DNA of 64,000 nucleotides from Eledone cirrhosa (taxonomy: Eukaryota). Within the stretch, counting starts at the first letter, position 1; every line of letters begins with the position of its first letter. A model generated the notes under the pieces. The model was given only the letters and a program-made list of their open reading frames with translations. It was not told the origin of the DNA and made no database searches. Below are positions 12,243 to 28,784 of the stretch, piece by piece. The stretch lies in NCBI GenBank assembly GCA_964016885.1, contig OZ024749.1, positions 29,698,001 through 29,762,000 of the forward strand, written 5' to 3'. Both the position numbers and the translations under genes were made by a program.

Positions 12243-12460
12243 GGGCGGGGGATTGGCAGTATCTGTAGGGTCGGACGCCATGCTTTGCAAAATAGAGTTA
12301 CGGCCTTTTATGGTCTGAGTTCAAATCCCGCCAAGGTTAACTTTGCCTTTCATCCTTTCGGGGTCGATAAAATAAAGGACCAGTAACGTACTAGAATCGA
12401 TTTAATCGATTTTCCCTTCCCCCAAAATTACGGGCTTTGTGCATATACAAGAAACCATTA
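12243..12460 (+). mobile_element. Family 1 tRNA-SINE, full length
   Basis: GGCGGGGGATTGGCAGTATC..GAGTTCAAATCCCGCC..GCCTTTCATCCTTTCGGGGTCGATAAAATAAAG. Confidence 0.85.
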
Positions 12461-12689
12461 ATAAGCCTTCTTAACACACAACCATGCCTACACACGTATT
12501 TAGCTGCCTGTTGCTTCCCAGAAGTACGTCGTTCAGTACATTTATCTTTTGTTATCTCAATTTATATATATATTCAAATGACAGAGCTTCGTGTCTTTGT
12601 TAGTAACCAGTCTCTTCTGTGTGTGAGGAATTCAAAGAATTTGAAAGAATGGGAACATACACACACACACACACACACACAGATATATA

Positions 12690-12880
12690 TATGCAGTGCT
12701 ACATGCAAACATACACACAGAAGTACATACACATATACACATACACACACACATGTATATATATATATATATATACATAGACAGATACATACACACACAC
12801 ACACATATATATATATATATGCAGTGCTACATGCAAACATACACACAGAAGTACATACACATATACACATACACACACAC

Positions 12881-12917
<37 letters not shown>

Positions 12918-13042
12918 GACAGATACATACACACACACACATATATATATATGCAGTGCTACATGCAAACATACACACAGAAGTACATACACATATACAC
13001 ACACATGTATATATATATATATATATATATATACATAGACAG

Positions 13043-13075
<33 letters not shown>
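12690..13075. repeat. Three tandem copies of a ~130-bp microsatellite-containing unit
   Basis: GCAGTGCTACATGCAAACATACACACAGAAGTAC at ~12693, 12821 and 12953. Confidence 0.85.
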
Positions 13076-13087
<12 letters not shown>

Positions 13088-13089
<2 letters not shown>

Positions 13090-13262
13090 ACGAAGGAATT
13101 GTGGTAAGGAACCAGATGCACCATAACGCACCAAAGTACTCAATACTTAGGTAGTAGAGTATATATATATATATAGGAACAAATATGACCCCGACGGCAG
13201 AGCTCAAGCCGTTTCGACGGCTATTTCTGGCTTAAGCTCTGCCGTCGTGGTCATACGTGTTC

Positions 13263-13266
<4 letters not shown>
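13088..13266. mobile_element. Family B fold-back element (reverse orientation)
   Basis: Reverse complement of the family B tail plus the GACCCCGACGGCAGAGCTC palindrome. Confidence 0.8.
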
Positions 13267-13293
<27 letters not shown>

Positions 13294-13623
13294 CTATATA
13301 TATATATATATATATAAGTTAAAACAATGAAATAAAAAATCAAGTCATTAGAGATATACTTCACTGCTTTACGATCGTTTCTAGGTGATGATAATACATT
13401 GTAGCAATACATAGGCAGAATAGACCCCCCAACTTACTGTGGATACCTCTGTATATATATATATATATATATACATAGACATATACACATATATATATAT
13501 ACATATACATATACAGATATATGTACATCCATGCATATATAAATACATGCATGCATACGTACATACGTATATACATACACGCACACATATAAATACATAC
13601 ATACGTAAATACGTAGACAAACA

Positions 13624-13665
<42 letters not shown>

Positions 13666-13739
13666 TACATACATGCATTCATATATACATACATTTGTAT
13701 ATAAGGAATCACTCACACACACAAGTATATATTCATATG

Positions 13740-13831
<92 letters not shown>

Positions 13832-13990
13832 TGTGTGCTTGTATATATATGTATATAAAAGCAAAGGTTTTGATATATATACACAGGCATTTATAGTAAA
13901 TATACAATTGTATATGTTTGACTGTCTGTAGATATTATATTATATATTGTATAATAGATAAGAATTCCTTTTATATCGTATCATATGGCT

Positions 13991-14032
<42 letters not shown>

Positions 14033-14879
14033 GTCGTCGTCGTCGTCGTCGTCGTTGTCTTCTTCTTCTTCTTCTTCTTCTTCTTCTTCTTCTTCTTCTT
14101 CTTCTTCTTCTTCTTCTTCTTCTTCTTTGCACGGTGACGTTTCAAACTATCCATCCATCATAATTCTATATAAGAACCTTTGTTAACTTATGTTCCAAAC
14201 AACAATATAATAAACGAGACATTTATATAAGTTATATTTCTAAATACTTCCAAATTCTTGTTATTTTTAAAAGCCTTTGAAAATCATGGACAATGATTTT
14301 CCTTAGCAATATGGTATGGGATGGGTTAAGTCATGATGGTTGATATAATTAACTCATAGCATCACCTATAGCCTTTCTTTATCATATTTATAATGAAATA
14401 TACTGACTATGATTTTCAATTATTCAATTAAATAATCATATACGAAAATGTAGAGGTGTTTATTTATAAAACTAATATTTCCATTATTAAGTTGGTGTTT
14501 GGAACAAAACTTGACACTTATTCTTACGTAAATTTATAATGGTTATAATGGTTATAATGACAAGGTTTTTAAATTGATATATACACTTTAAAGGTAAATA
14601 TATTTCTAATGAAAGACATTATCTATAATTATATAATCCATTTTGAAAATAAAATGGAAGGATTGAGTAACAAAACATACCACAAAAGAAAGGACCCCTT
14701 ATATCATAAAGAAATGATAAAAAGAGTTAAATAAAATGGGAAGTTTAAATTAGAATACGAACATTTTTAAACGAAATATTTTTTCACCAAGGAAGGAGAA
14801 ATGGTTTTAGGCAGATTGATATCAAAAGAGTGAATATTGCTGGTTTTATGCCAATGTCACAAGTCAATAACACCGGAAC

Positions 14880-16065
14880 ACAACTGTAACAATAACGACA
14901 ACATCAACAATAACAACAATTATAACAACAATCACCACCACCACCACCACCACCCCAACAACAACCGCCACTACCACCATCACAACAATAACTATAACAA
15001 GCACCAAAATCACCACCACCACCACCACCAACAGCAACAACAACGACAACAAAAACCACTATCACAACCACTTCCACCCCATCACCACCAACACCACCAC
15101 CACAACAACAACAACAACTATAACAACAACCACTACACCCTCCACTTCCACCCCCATCACCGCAACCACCAGCACCAGCACCAGCAAGCCCACCCCACCA
15201 TCGTCACAACAACAACAACAAAAACTATAACCACCACCACCACCACAACAACCAGCAACAACAACTATAACCCCCCCCCACCATCACAGCGACAACAACA
15301 ACAACTATAGCCGCCACCACCACCACCACCACCACTACCACCCCAACAACAACAACAACTATAACCACCACCACCACCACCACCACCACCACGACAACAA
15401 CAACAACTATAGCCGCCACCACCACCACCACCACCGCCACCACCACCACCATCATCACCACCACTACCACCACCACAACAACAACAACTATAACCACCAC
15501 TACCACCACGACAACAACAACAACTATAGCCGCCACCACCACCACCACCACTACCACCACCACAACAACAACAACAACAACTATAACCACCAATACAACC
15601 ACCACCAACAACAACAACAGCAACTATAACCACCACCACTACCACCACAACAACAACAACTATAACCACCACCACCACCACCACCACCACCATCACGACA
15701 ACAACAACAACTATAGCCGCCACCACCACTACCACCACCACCGCCACCACTACCACCACACCAATAACAACAACAACAACTATAACCACCAACACCACCA
15801 CCACCACCACCACTACCACCACAACAACAACAACAACAACTATAACCACCAACACCACCACCACCACTACCACCACAACAACAACAATTATAACCACCAC
15901 CACCACCACCACCACCACCACCACCACCACCACCACCACAACAACTATAACCACCAACACCACCACCAACAACAACAACAGTAACAACAACTATAGCCGC
16001 CACCACCACCACCACCACCACTACCATCACGACAACAACAACAGTAACAACAACAATACAACAAT
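14880..16065. repeat. (CAA)n/(CAC)n compound repeat with a higher-order ACTATAACC/ACTATAGCC unit
   Basis: Directly visible. Confidence 0.9.
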
Positions 16066-16242
16066 GCAATAATATAATAAATATATGAATTTGTGTTGTA
16101 TTCCCAACGTTTGTCAACATGCCAACTGTATTGTGAATTCCTTTCAACAGGTTTCATTTCTTTTACCACTACGTACACACATGTAACACACACATACATA
16201 CATATATATGTATACATACATAAACACACATACATACATACG

Positions 16243-16324
<82 letters not shown>

Positions 16325-16755
16325 TATGTATATGTATATATAAATATATGTTTATATATATATACACACATACATAAACACACACCACAAAAATACGCAC
16401 ACACACACACACACACACATATTGCTATACATATATATAGATATACATATACATATATATAAATATATGTTTATATATATATATACACACGTACATAAAC
16501 ACACACCACACAAACATACATACACACACAAACACACATATATATATATAAATATATGTATGTGTGGAGGGTGTAATGACGTTAGATGTCAACAAAGAAA
16601 GAACAACAATATACACAATATTTATAGCATGATTGTGTTGATTAGTTCATTAACCATTTTATTACATCGTAGCTCAGTTGTAAGAGAAATAAATCGCAAA
16701 CCCCTTCAGCAAACAGTCTGTAACTAGCAAAGATCAGCCGCCGCGTCTCGACCCT

Positions 16756-16792
<37 letters not shown>

Positions 16793-17004
16793 CGTTTCTG
16801 AATTTTTTAGCAAGATTCTTTATCTGAAATCGTGTGTTGAAACCGATATTGCTATACTTTGGGAGGGTCATGTTGCCAATAAGAAACACACGCACCAGTT
16901 GCTTTCACTTCAATTTATTATATATTTATAAATTTATAAGTTTATAAAAGTTATAAATTTCTGGTTGGTTGGTTGGTTCCACAACCAGATAGTTGTTTAT
17001 ATAT

Positions 17005-17049
17005 AGTCATAGTTCTTTCGTCACACGCTCTGTGACCTCTTCAGTGACT
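17005..17049 (-). ncRNA. Minimal type I hammerhead ribozyme motif (family F)
   Basis: Minus strand AGTCA-CTGAAGA-G-GTCACA-GAGCG-TGTGAC-GAAA-GAAC-TA-TGACT; perfect stems I and II, CUA triplet. Confidence 0.75.
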
Positions 17050-17286
17050 GGAGATTCCTTTCTTTGTTTCTGTGCCTCTCCTTTGTTCTGTCCTACGCCA
17101 TTTTGTTTCTGTGTGTGTGTTGCGTGCTTATATATATATAAGATAAAAAAATAGTTAAAAGAGTTCCATGTATTTTATTATGCGCATTTCAATTATTTAT
17201 ACTCCAGTCCTACAAACTGTAGAGTGCTACTTATTCGATATCTGCATTGCTTTATTGTACTACAATAACCCCCCCCCCCACACACG

Positions 17287-17352
<66 letters not shown>

Positions 17353-17478
17353 TATAAATATTAAATTAATATGAATATTTTAATATTAATAACTCCGGAA
17401 AAATATTTTTACCGTAGAGTGCTTCCAATCTACTGTAAAACTCATTCTTTGACATACCCATTGAATATTGTTTAACTC

Positions 17479-17512
<34 letters not shown>

Positions 17513-17515
<3 letters not shown>

Positions 17516-17932
17516 GAGGTTATATTTAATTTGTTGGAATTCAACAAGCTTAACATTTTTTATAACTGATATAAAGCACTCAACAAGTTAGTGGAGTAAA
17601 TACACTATATTAATAAATGGAAACTATATTTATAAAACCATATTTATTTTATTATATATATTACATATATTACAAGGGCGACCAAGGTAACTTATGGTGC
17701 GCTTTCATCAAATAAAATAGAGATTTGTTTTATAAATAAATATTGACATACCCGGAAAAAAGACAACCTCAACGGTTCAAATTTGCTGGTTGTCTTTTTT
17801 TCGGGTATGTCAATATAAAACAAATCTGTATTTTATCTGATGAAAGCGCACCATAATTTATCTTGGTCGCCCTTGAAATATATATAATAAAATAAATATG
17901 GTTTTATAAATATAGTTTCCATTTATTAATAT

Positions 17933-17936
<4 letters not shown>
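17513..17936. mobile_element. Family A fold-back element
   Basis: 17607-17766 and 17789-17934 are inverted copies; the left-arm core is mutated. Confidence 0.75.
17829..17894 (+). ncRNA. Minimal type I hammerhead ribozyme motif (family A)
   Basis: TATTTTAT-CTGATGA-AAGCGCACCA..TGGTCGCCCTT-GAAA-TATATA-TA-ATAAAATA. Confidence 0.75.
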
Positions 17937-18005
<69 letters not shown>

Positions 18006-18106
18006 TGAAATTTCCGTTGGAAACAGAAAAGGTCATAGAAATGAAGAGTGCTCTATGTAAGTATCAGAGCAAAATTTTATGTATAAAAATCAATACAATA
18101 TAATTA

Positions 18107-18176
18107 CCTCATTACCAGAGGTTTCCCGAATGAGGCGAATACGAAATAAACGACTTCATTCGTTCGTCAGACGAGG
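18107..18176 (-). ncRNA. Type I hammerhead ribozyme motif (family E)
   Basis: Minus strand CCTCGT-CTGACGA-ACGAATGA..TCATTCGG-GAAA-CC-TCT-GG-TA-ATGAGG; GUA triplet. Confidence 0.75.
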
Positions 18177-18355
18177 CAATAAAAAACATGGGTAAATACT
18201 TAGAAAAACTCATCAAGAAAATCAAAAAAAAGATATAGACAAATGAAATAGAAATTGAAATATATAAAAATCTATCAAGAAATATAGTTAGGTGTGTGTA
18301 TATGTATGTATATACGCTCACAGATGTGCATATATGTATATGCACACATGTATAC

Positions 18356-18404
<49 letters not shown>

Positions 18405-18532
18405 TATACGTATATATATATATATATATATTAATTTTCTCTCTCACTCACTTATTGAATCGTTTAACTTGTGAAATAGACTGGTTTACACACGCTATTC
18501 TATATCGCAAGATCAAGGACCGTGAACACAAC

Positions 18533-18690
18533 ATGGCCAAATGGTGAAGTAGTTCGCTTCGGAATCAGTAGATGTCGGGTTTGATTCCACAGCCTGGAAT
18601 CTTGGGCAAGTGTCATTTACTGTAACCTCATGCTGATCCATGATTTACGAGTAAAATTGTGTTGACAGAAACTGTTTGGAAGCCCGCCGT
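18533..18690 (+). mobile_element. Family 2-like tRNA-SINE, diverged
   Basis: TGGCCAAATGG (A box), GGTTTGATTCC (B box), CTTGGGCAAG core. Confidence 0.5.
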
Positions 18691-19188
18691 ATGGACTATA
18701 TTTGTAATTCAATGGGCTAAGCCAACCATTTCAGAATAATTTCATGACCTGGCAATTTCACTGCTCGAGCTAGTGGGATACTCATCGTCGCAACGAACGG
18801 AAGTCTATTCCAATCGAAGACAGCACCGTCTTGTATTAGTTTTTCTATGCGTGATAAATAAGATCACCTACTCCAATATCTCTTTTATAAAGTTGTTGGA
18901 AACGATTTGAGGGAGATTTGGCTGCAGTTGCTAGCATATTCTGTGTCCCTGTAAGGCAACAATTTTCAAATAATTTTGATCCACGATATACTGAATAATG
19001 CGATAAAATATTATCGAATATAAGTAATAAAATTGATTTACAGATGGGTGAAGAGGCTGCAATTTTAAAGGAAAGAATACATTAGCAGAAGAGTGGGGCA
19101 CATCAAAGAACTTTTGTAAAATATCCTATAATTCTTAATACTTTGAAGATCGTGTTTCAACAATGCTACAGTCCTATGACTGAAACCG

Positions 19189-20506
<1,318 letters not shown>

Positions 20507-20507
<1 letters not shown>

Positions 20508-20712
20508 CGAAGGAAATGTGGTAAGGATCCAGGTGGACAATAACGCACCAAAGTACTCAATACTTAGAGTAGTAGAGTAAGTAATAGGAACGAGTAGGAC
20601 CCCGACGGCTGAGCTCAAGCCGTTTCGACGGCTAATTCTGAACTAAAAGCTTTTTTAGTCCAGAATTAGCCGTCGAAACGGCTTGAGCTCAGCCGTCGGG
20701 GTCCTACTCGTT

Positions 20713-20716
<4 letters not shown>
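20507..20716. mobile_element. Family B fold-back element (reverse orientation)
   Basis: 20584-20716 is a near-perfect ~65-bp-arm palindrome. Confidence 0.85.
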
Positions 20717-20775
<59 letters not shown>

Positions 20776-20930
20776 ATGTATATATATACAAAGTATTCAA
20801 CTCCGTTCTCGCACCAACCTCGGCATACCACATCTACTATGGATGTTACGAATGGCGTTGAGTGCTTTCGCTTACTGCATCACAACTCGCTAATCGGAAT
20901 CACTTGATTTACTCATTAGATAAAACCAAC

Positions 20931-21031
<101 letters not shown>

Positions 21032-21091
21032 CAAATATATATAAATATAATATCAATGAGTATAGGACTGTATATGAAAGCATATGCAATA

Positions 21092-21151
<60 letters not shown>

Positions 21152-21613
21152 AAATAAATATATATATATAAATATATATATATATAAATATATATACAAT
21201 AAACATATTTAGTAGTCTCTCCATCAAGGGAAATATTTTGTCATAAGGAAACAGTTTTTTTCTTTATTTTTCTGTGAACACGTCATAGACTGTCAGTAAG
21301 GTCGAGACTGTGACGTAATGATTCGTATCTTGAGCGACAAGACGTGAATCAGAATATGTATGAATATATGTAGGTATGTATGAATGTATGTAAGTATGTA
21401 TGCATGTATGTATGTACGTATGTATGTATATATATATATATTTATATATATATATATATATACTATATATATATAAATACTATATATATGTAAATAGATA
21501 TAAATAGTTATATATATATAAGTATTTATATTTATTCATATACATATATATGTGTATTCATGCATACATTCACACACTCACACACACACACACACACATG
21601 CACACGCACACCC

Positions 21614-21644
<31 letters not shown>

Positions 21645-21733
21645 GAGTATAGGTGATTCAGTAAAACCTTTCAAATTATGTATCATAATACCATGCCAGA
21701 CATGCTCTAGTGCTTTTATATAAATAAATATAT

Positions 21734-21793
<60 letters not shown>

Positions 21794-22189
21794 GAAACAA
21801 ACTTAGTCTGTTGAGAGATTAAATTATGGCTCATAGTTATCTATATACACTAATAAGACAGAGAGCAGTAACGAAGGAAAGAACTAAGCAACGAGAGAAT
21901 AGAAGGAGAGAGAGATAGATCGAGAGATAGATCGAGAGATAGAAGAAAAAGAAGAAAGATAAGCTGGAAATATCATCTAGATTTTTACATCAATGACACA
22001 GCTATGTAAAACTAATCTCCTAAACTCAACCAGATGGGCATTATACACGACGTGTTGTGTAGAAAGAAACAAAGCCTGCACAACTTCACTCTGCTGTTTT
22101 TTTTCCTCAAGAGGCCATTGTCGTCTGTTTCATCCATTTTTGTTCTTTTATTGTTTCTGTTGCTGTTACTGTTGCTGATCATTTTCTTG

Positions 22190-22676
22190 TTGTTGATAGG
22201 AATGTTGTTGTTGTTGTTCTAGTTGTTGTTGTTGTTGTTGTTGTTCTCACTGTTGCTATTGCTGTTCATATTGTTGTTGTTGTTGTTGTTATTGTTGATT
22301 TGGATGTTGTTGCTGCTACTGTTGTTGTTGGTGCTGTTATTATGTTTGTTGTTGTTGAAGTTGTTGTTGCTGTTGTTGTTGTTGTTGTCGTTCTTCTTCT
22401 TCTTCTTCTTCTTCTTCTTCTTCTTCTTCTTCTTCTTCTTCTTCTTCTTCTTCTTCTTCATCTTCTTCTTCTTCTTTTTCTTCTTCTTCTTCTTCTTCTT
22501 CTGTTTCCCACCTCCCCCGCCTCCACTTCTTCCTCAATCACCTCCTCCTTCTCCCCACACTCTTCCTCTATTTCCTCCTTCTTCCCCTTCTCTTCTTTTT
22601 CGTCTTTATTGCATTCTGATGTTTCACACAGATGTGCTTGGCCAAGTCATTGATAAGTGGGGAATAAAAATATGAT

Positions 22677-22713
<37 letters not shown>

Positions 22714-22802
22714 AGAGGGAAAGAGTGGTGATAGACACTCAGGCGAGAGAGAGAGAGAGAGAGGAGAGAGGGATAGAGATAGTGATAGATAGATAGATAA
22801 AT

Positions 22803-22839
<37 letters not shown>

Positions 22840-22868
22840 GTGGGGGGGAGAAAGGAGAGATGGAGAAG

Positions 22869-22912
<44 letters not shown>

Positions 22913-22959
22913 GGAGAAGGAGAGTGGGAGAGGGAAAGAGTGGTGATAGACACTCAGGC

Positions 22960-22991
<32 letters not shown>

Positions 22992-23023
22992 GGATAGAGA
23001 TAGTGATAGATAGATAGATAAAT

Positions 23024-23070
<47 letters not shown>

Positions 23071-23135
23071 GGATAGAGATAGTGATAGATAGATAGATAA
23101 ATAGGCAGAGAGAGAGACAAAGTGTTGATAGACAC
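22190..23135. repeat. (GTT)n/(CTT)n tract followed by duplicated (GA)n/(GATA)n-containing units
   Basis: GGGATAGAGATAGTGATAGATAGATAGATAAATAGGC occurs three times. Confidence 0.85.
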
Positions 23136-23215
23136 CCAGAGGTATACTAGAATACTCTTGCTTAAGGTGTAACATAGTTACCAACCAAGCACCTGCGCCT
23201 ATATATGTATATATA

Positions 23216-23408
23216 TAGGAACATTTTTAACCCCGACGGCAGAGCTCAAGCCGTTTCGACAGCTATTTCTGGACTCAGAAATAGCCGTCGAAACGGCTTG
23301 AGCTCTGCCGTCGGGGTTAAACATTTTCCTATTACCCACTCTACTAACCTAGTATTGAGTACTCTGGTGCGTTATGGTCCATCTGGTTCCTTACCACACT
23401 TCCTTCGT

Positions 23409-23410
<2 letters not shown>
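23216..23410. mobile_element. Family B fold-back element
   Basis: Palindrome 23216-23331 plus conserved tail. Confidence 0.85.
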
Positions 23411-23439
<29 letters not shown>

Positions 23440-23459
23440 ACATACATACACACACACAC

Positions 23460-23495
<36 letters not shown>

Positions 23496-23621
23496 GCATA
23501 CACATATATACATACACATATATACATACACATATATACATACACATATATACATACACATATATATATACATACACACATACACACACACACACATATA
23601 TACATATATATTTTTAAGGAA

Positions 23622-23835
23622 CGATCGACTTTCGTCAAATCGGACCGAGGGAACAATGTTTCCGTTGGTCTTTCCAATTGCTAATACTATCTATCGGTCG
23701 CAACTCCAGGTAGAAGGAGCAACGTGAAATAAAATGTCTTGCTCAAGGACATAACGCATCGCCTGGTCCAGGAATCGAACTCACAACCTTACGATTGCGA
23801 AACCAATTCTCTAACCACTCAGCCACACGCCTTCA
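23622..23835 (-). mobile_element. Family 2 tRNA-SINE
   Basis: Homologous to 7972-8187. Confidence 0.8.
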
Positions 23836-23840
23836 CACAC

Positions 23841-23877
<37 letters not shown>

Positions 23878-23992
23878 AAGGGAGATACACATACTTACAT
23901 ATACACTTCGAAGTCACTGGCACTTTTCTACTTAGAAAATTAAACATCAACAAAAAAACAACTACTACACTCTACTGATTAAGTTGAGAGAA

Positions 23993-24067
<75 letters not shown>

Positions 24068-24264
24068 AGAGAGCCGATCACTAACAACAATACAGCATTT
24101 ATCAATGTTTAGTGCAATCTTAAAGAATGTCTGTTCATACGCGTAGTCAGATTTTGGCACTTAAATATATTGATTTTATCGGTCTCATCTTATTGGATAT
24201 AAAGTGACTTCTTTCATAATGTTTGATCAAGTCTAATTTGCAACCACATTTATTTATTTATTCA

Positions 24265-24317
<53 letters not shown>

Positions 24318-24320
24318 CAC

Positions 24321-24372
<52 letters not shown>

Positions 24373-24373
24373 C

Positions 24374-24492
<119 letters not shown>

Positions 24493-24507
24493 CATACATA
24501 TATATAT

Positions 24508-24654
<147 letters not shown>

Positions 24655-24667
24655 CATATATATATAT

Positions 24668-24718
<51 letters not shown>

Positions 24719-24735
24719 CATACATATATATATAT

Positions 24736-24766
<31 letters not shown>

Positions 24767-24779
24767 CATACATACATAC

Positions 24780-26003
<1,224 letters not shown>

Positions 26004-26004
26004 G

Positions 26005-26057
<53 letters not shown>

Positions 26058-26089
26058 TATATATGTATATATATATATATGTGTATATA

Positions 26090-26159
<70 letters not shown>

Positions 26160-26181
26160 CAGATATATATATATATCTATC

Positions 26182-26529
26182 TAAGGCGGGTAAAATTCCC
26201 GAGATCCATGGACGAGTTCTCTCCAGCGGTCTCTGTCCCTCATTATCGCTGCCATGTCTCCAACAGACCAGTGTCTGTCCTTAGGGCATCAACATACGTT
26301 AACCTTGGTCTTCCTCTTCTAGTGTGTCCATGTAGGGGCTCCCACAGGAGCACTGAGTGCAATGTCAACTCTGGATGTCGGTGAGCATGTCCAGCTAACC
26401 TCAGTCTCCTCTGTGTCACTTTTGAGCTGACTTTTGGGATGCTCCCATACAGCTCTGAGTTTTTCATCCTCAGTGTATACTGATTAATGTTCAGAGCCAT
26501 CCTCAGCATTCTCGTCTAGCACCCATCCA

Positions 26530-26535
<6 letters not shown>
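26182..26535 (-). mobile_element. 3' fragment of an RTE/RTE-X LINE
   Basis: [44 protein letters not shown], typical RTE-clade ORF C-terminus. Confidence 0.8.
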
Positions 26536-26598
<63 letters not shown>

Positions 26599-27039
26599 TC
26601 ATATATATACATATATATATGAGTGTATATTTATTTATAAATATATTTATTTATTTGCTTATTATTTTGTTTCTTACATTTTTCTTTGCAAGAAATGATA
26701 AAAATATCAACAATAACAATAATAACAATAATAGATAAATATAAAAAATAATCCATTTGCTTCGTTAATAAATATTTACAGCATGAATTGAATTAATCAT
26801 TGCTTAATGGTGAAAATAGTTGGAACTACTTAACCTCGTAATATTGGACAAAAATCGGTCATTAGGAATCGATAATATTTCTTCGTGTGTTTCGTTTCGT
26901 TAGTGATTCTTCATCCACCAAAAACAATACAAAAAAAGAAAAAAAATTAAAATTGGAAAATATAAGGATTCATAGCCATATATATTTCAAATATATCAAT
27001 TATTTTTTTGAGAATGTAGTTGTCCCAATGCCGGTAACT

Positions 27040-28400
27040 ATAATAAAGTTTTCTGTTTATGATTTAGACAGTAGTTCAATAATTTTGGGGAGGGCAAAGT
27101 CGATTAAATCGAGCCCAGTGCGTTACTGGTACTTTATTTTATCGACCCCGTAAGACAAAGCTAACCTCGACGGGATTTGAACGCAGATCATAACTCCATC
27201 GAACCCGAAAGGATGAAAGGCAAAGTTAACCTTAATGAGGAATTGGAACTCAGAATGTAAAATGTCGTTGTCAAAATAATTGTTTCTACTTTTGGCACAA
27301 GGCCAGCAATTATTCCAGTGCATTACTAGTACTTTATTTTATCGACCCCGTAAGGATGAAAGGCAAAGTTAACCTCGACGGGATTTGAAATCAGACTGGA
27401 AAGGGCCGAAACTCTATGCCGCATAGCATGGTGTCCGACTCTACCGATACTGCCAATCCACCGCCCTCCCTTCGATAACTATAATAATTGTTTCAACTTT
27501 TGGCACAAAGCCAGCAATTATCCAGTGTATTACTGGTACTTTATTTTATCGACCCCGCAAAGTTAACCTCAGCGGGATTTGAACTCAGATAATAAATATA
27601 ATAATGGTTTCTGGTTTATGATTTAGACACAAGGTCAATAATTTGGAGGAGGGGAAAGTTGATTAAATCGGGCCCAGTGCCTTAATGGTACTCTTATTTT
27701 ATTTGAACCCGAAAGGATGAAAAGCAAAGTTAAACCTTAGTGAGATTTGAACTAGAGAATGTAAAGGGCCATTGTCATAATAATTGTTTCTACTTTTGGC
27801 ACAAGGCCAGCAATCACCCAGTACATGACTGGTACTTTATTTTATCGACCCCGTAAGGATGAAAGGCAAAGTTAACCTCGGCGGGATTTGAACTCAGAAT
27901 GGAAAGGGCCGTAACTCTATGCGTCAAAGTATGGCGTCCGACGCTCTACCGATACTGCCAATCCACATAATAATGGTTTCTGATTTAGGCACAAGGCCAA
28001 CGATTTGGGGAGAGGGGAAAGTCGATTAAATCGTGCCCGTATGTTACTGGTACTTTATTTTATCGACCCCGTAAGAATGAAAGGCAAAGCTAACTTCGGC
28101 GGGATTTGAACTCAGAATGTAAAGGGCAAAACTATATTCCGCAAAGCATGTTGTCCGACACTCTACCGATCACTGCCGATCCATTGCCCGCCACCATCTT
28201 AATAATTGTTTCTACTTTAGGCACAAGGCCAGCAATTACCCAGTGCATTACTGGTACTTTATTTTATCGACCCTGTAAGGATGAAAGGCAAAGTCAACCT
28301 CGGCGGGATTTGAACTCAGAATGTAAAGGGACGTAACTATGCTAGAAAGCATGGCGTCCCACCCTCTACCGTTACTGCCAATTCACCGCCACCATCTTAA
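27040..28400 (-). mobile_element. Head-to-tail tandem array of ~8-9 family 1 SINE copies/fragments
   Basis: GTACTTTATTTTATCGACCCC and GAAAGGCAAAG...GGGATTTGAACTCAG recur every ~150-250 bp. Confidence 0.9.
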
Positions 28401-28430
28401 TAATGAGCTAGATTCTTCCAAAGGTTAAGG

Positions 28431-28772
28431 AAGTAGTAGTAGTAGTAGTAGCAGTAGTAGTAGTAGCAGTAGTAGCAGTAGTAGTAGTAGTAGCAGCAGC
28501 AGTAGTAGCAGTAGTAGTAGTAGTAGTAGCTGTAGTAGTAGTAGCAGTAGTAGTAGTAGCAGTAGTAGTAGTAGCAATAGTAGTAGTAGTAGCAGCAGCA
28601 GTAGTATCAGTAGTAGTAGCATTAGTAGTAGTAGTAGCAGTAGTAGTAGTAGTAGCAGTAGTAGTAGTAGTAGTAGCAATAGTAGTAGTAGTAGTAGTAG
28701 TAGTAGCAGTAGTAGTAGTAGTAGTAGTAGCAGTAGCAGTAATAGTAGTAGTAGCAGTAGTAGTAGTAGTAG
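28431..28772. repeat. (AGT)n/(AGC)n microsatellite
   Basis: Directly visible. Confidence 0.95.
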
Positions 28773-28784
28773 TGTGTATGTCGT

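Noticed and set aside
22631-22675. Possible terminal exon (VLGQVIDKWGIKI*) after a CAG acceptor; similar weak candidates at 9400 and 16151
   Set aside because: Too short, no recognisable homology, and splice phases cannot be linked from sequence alone
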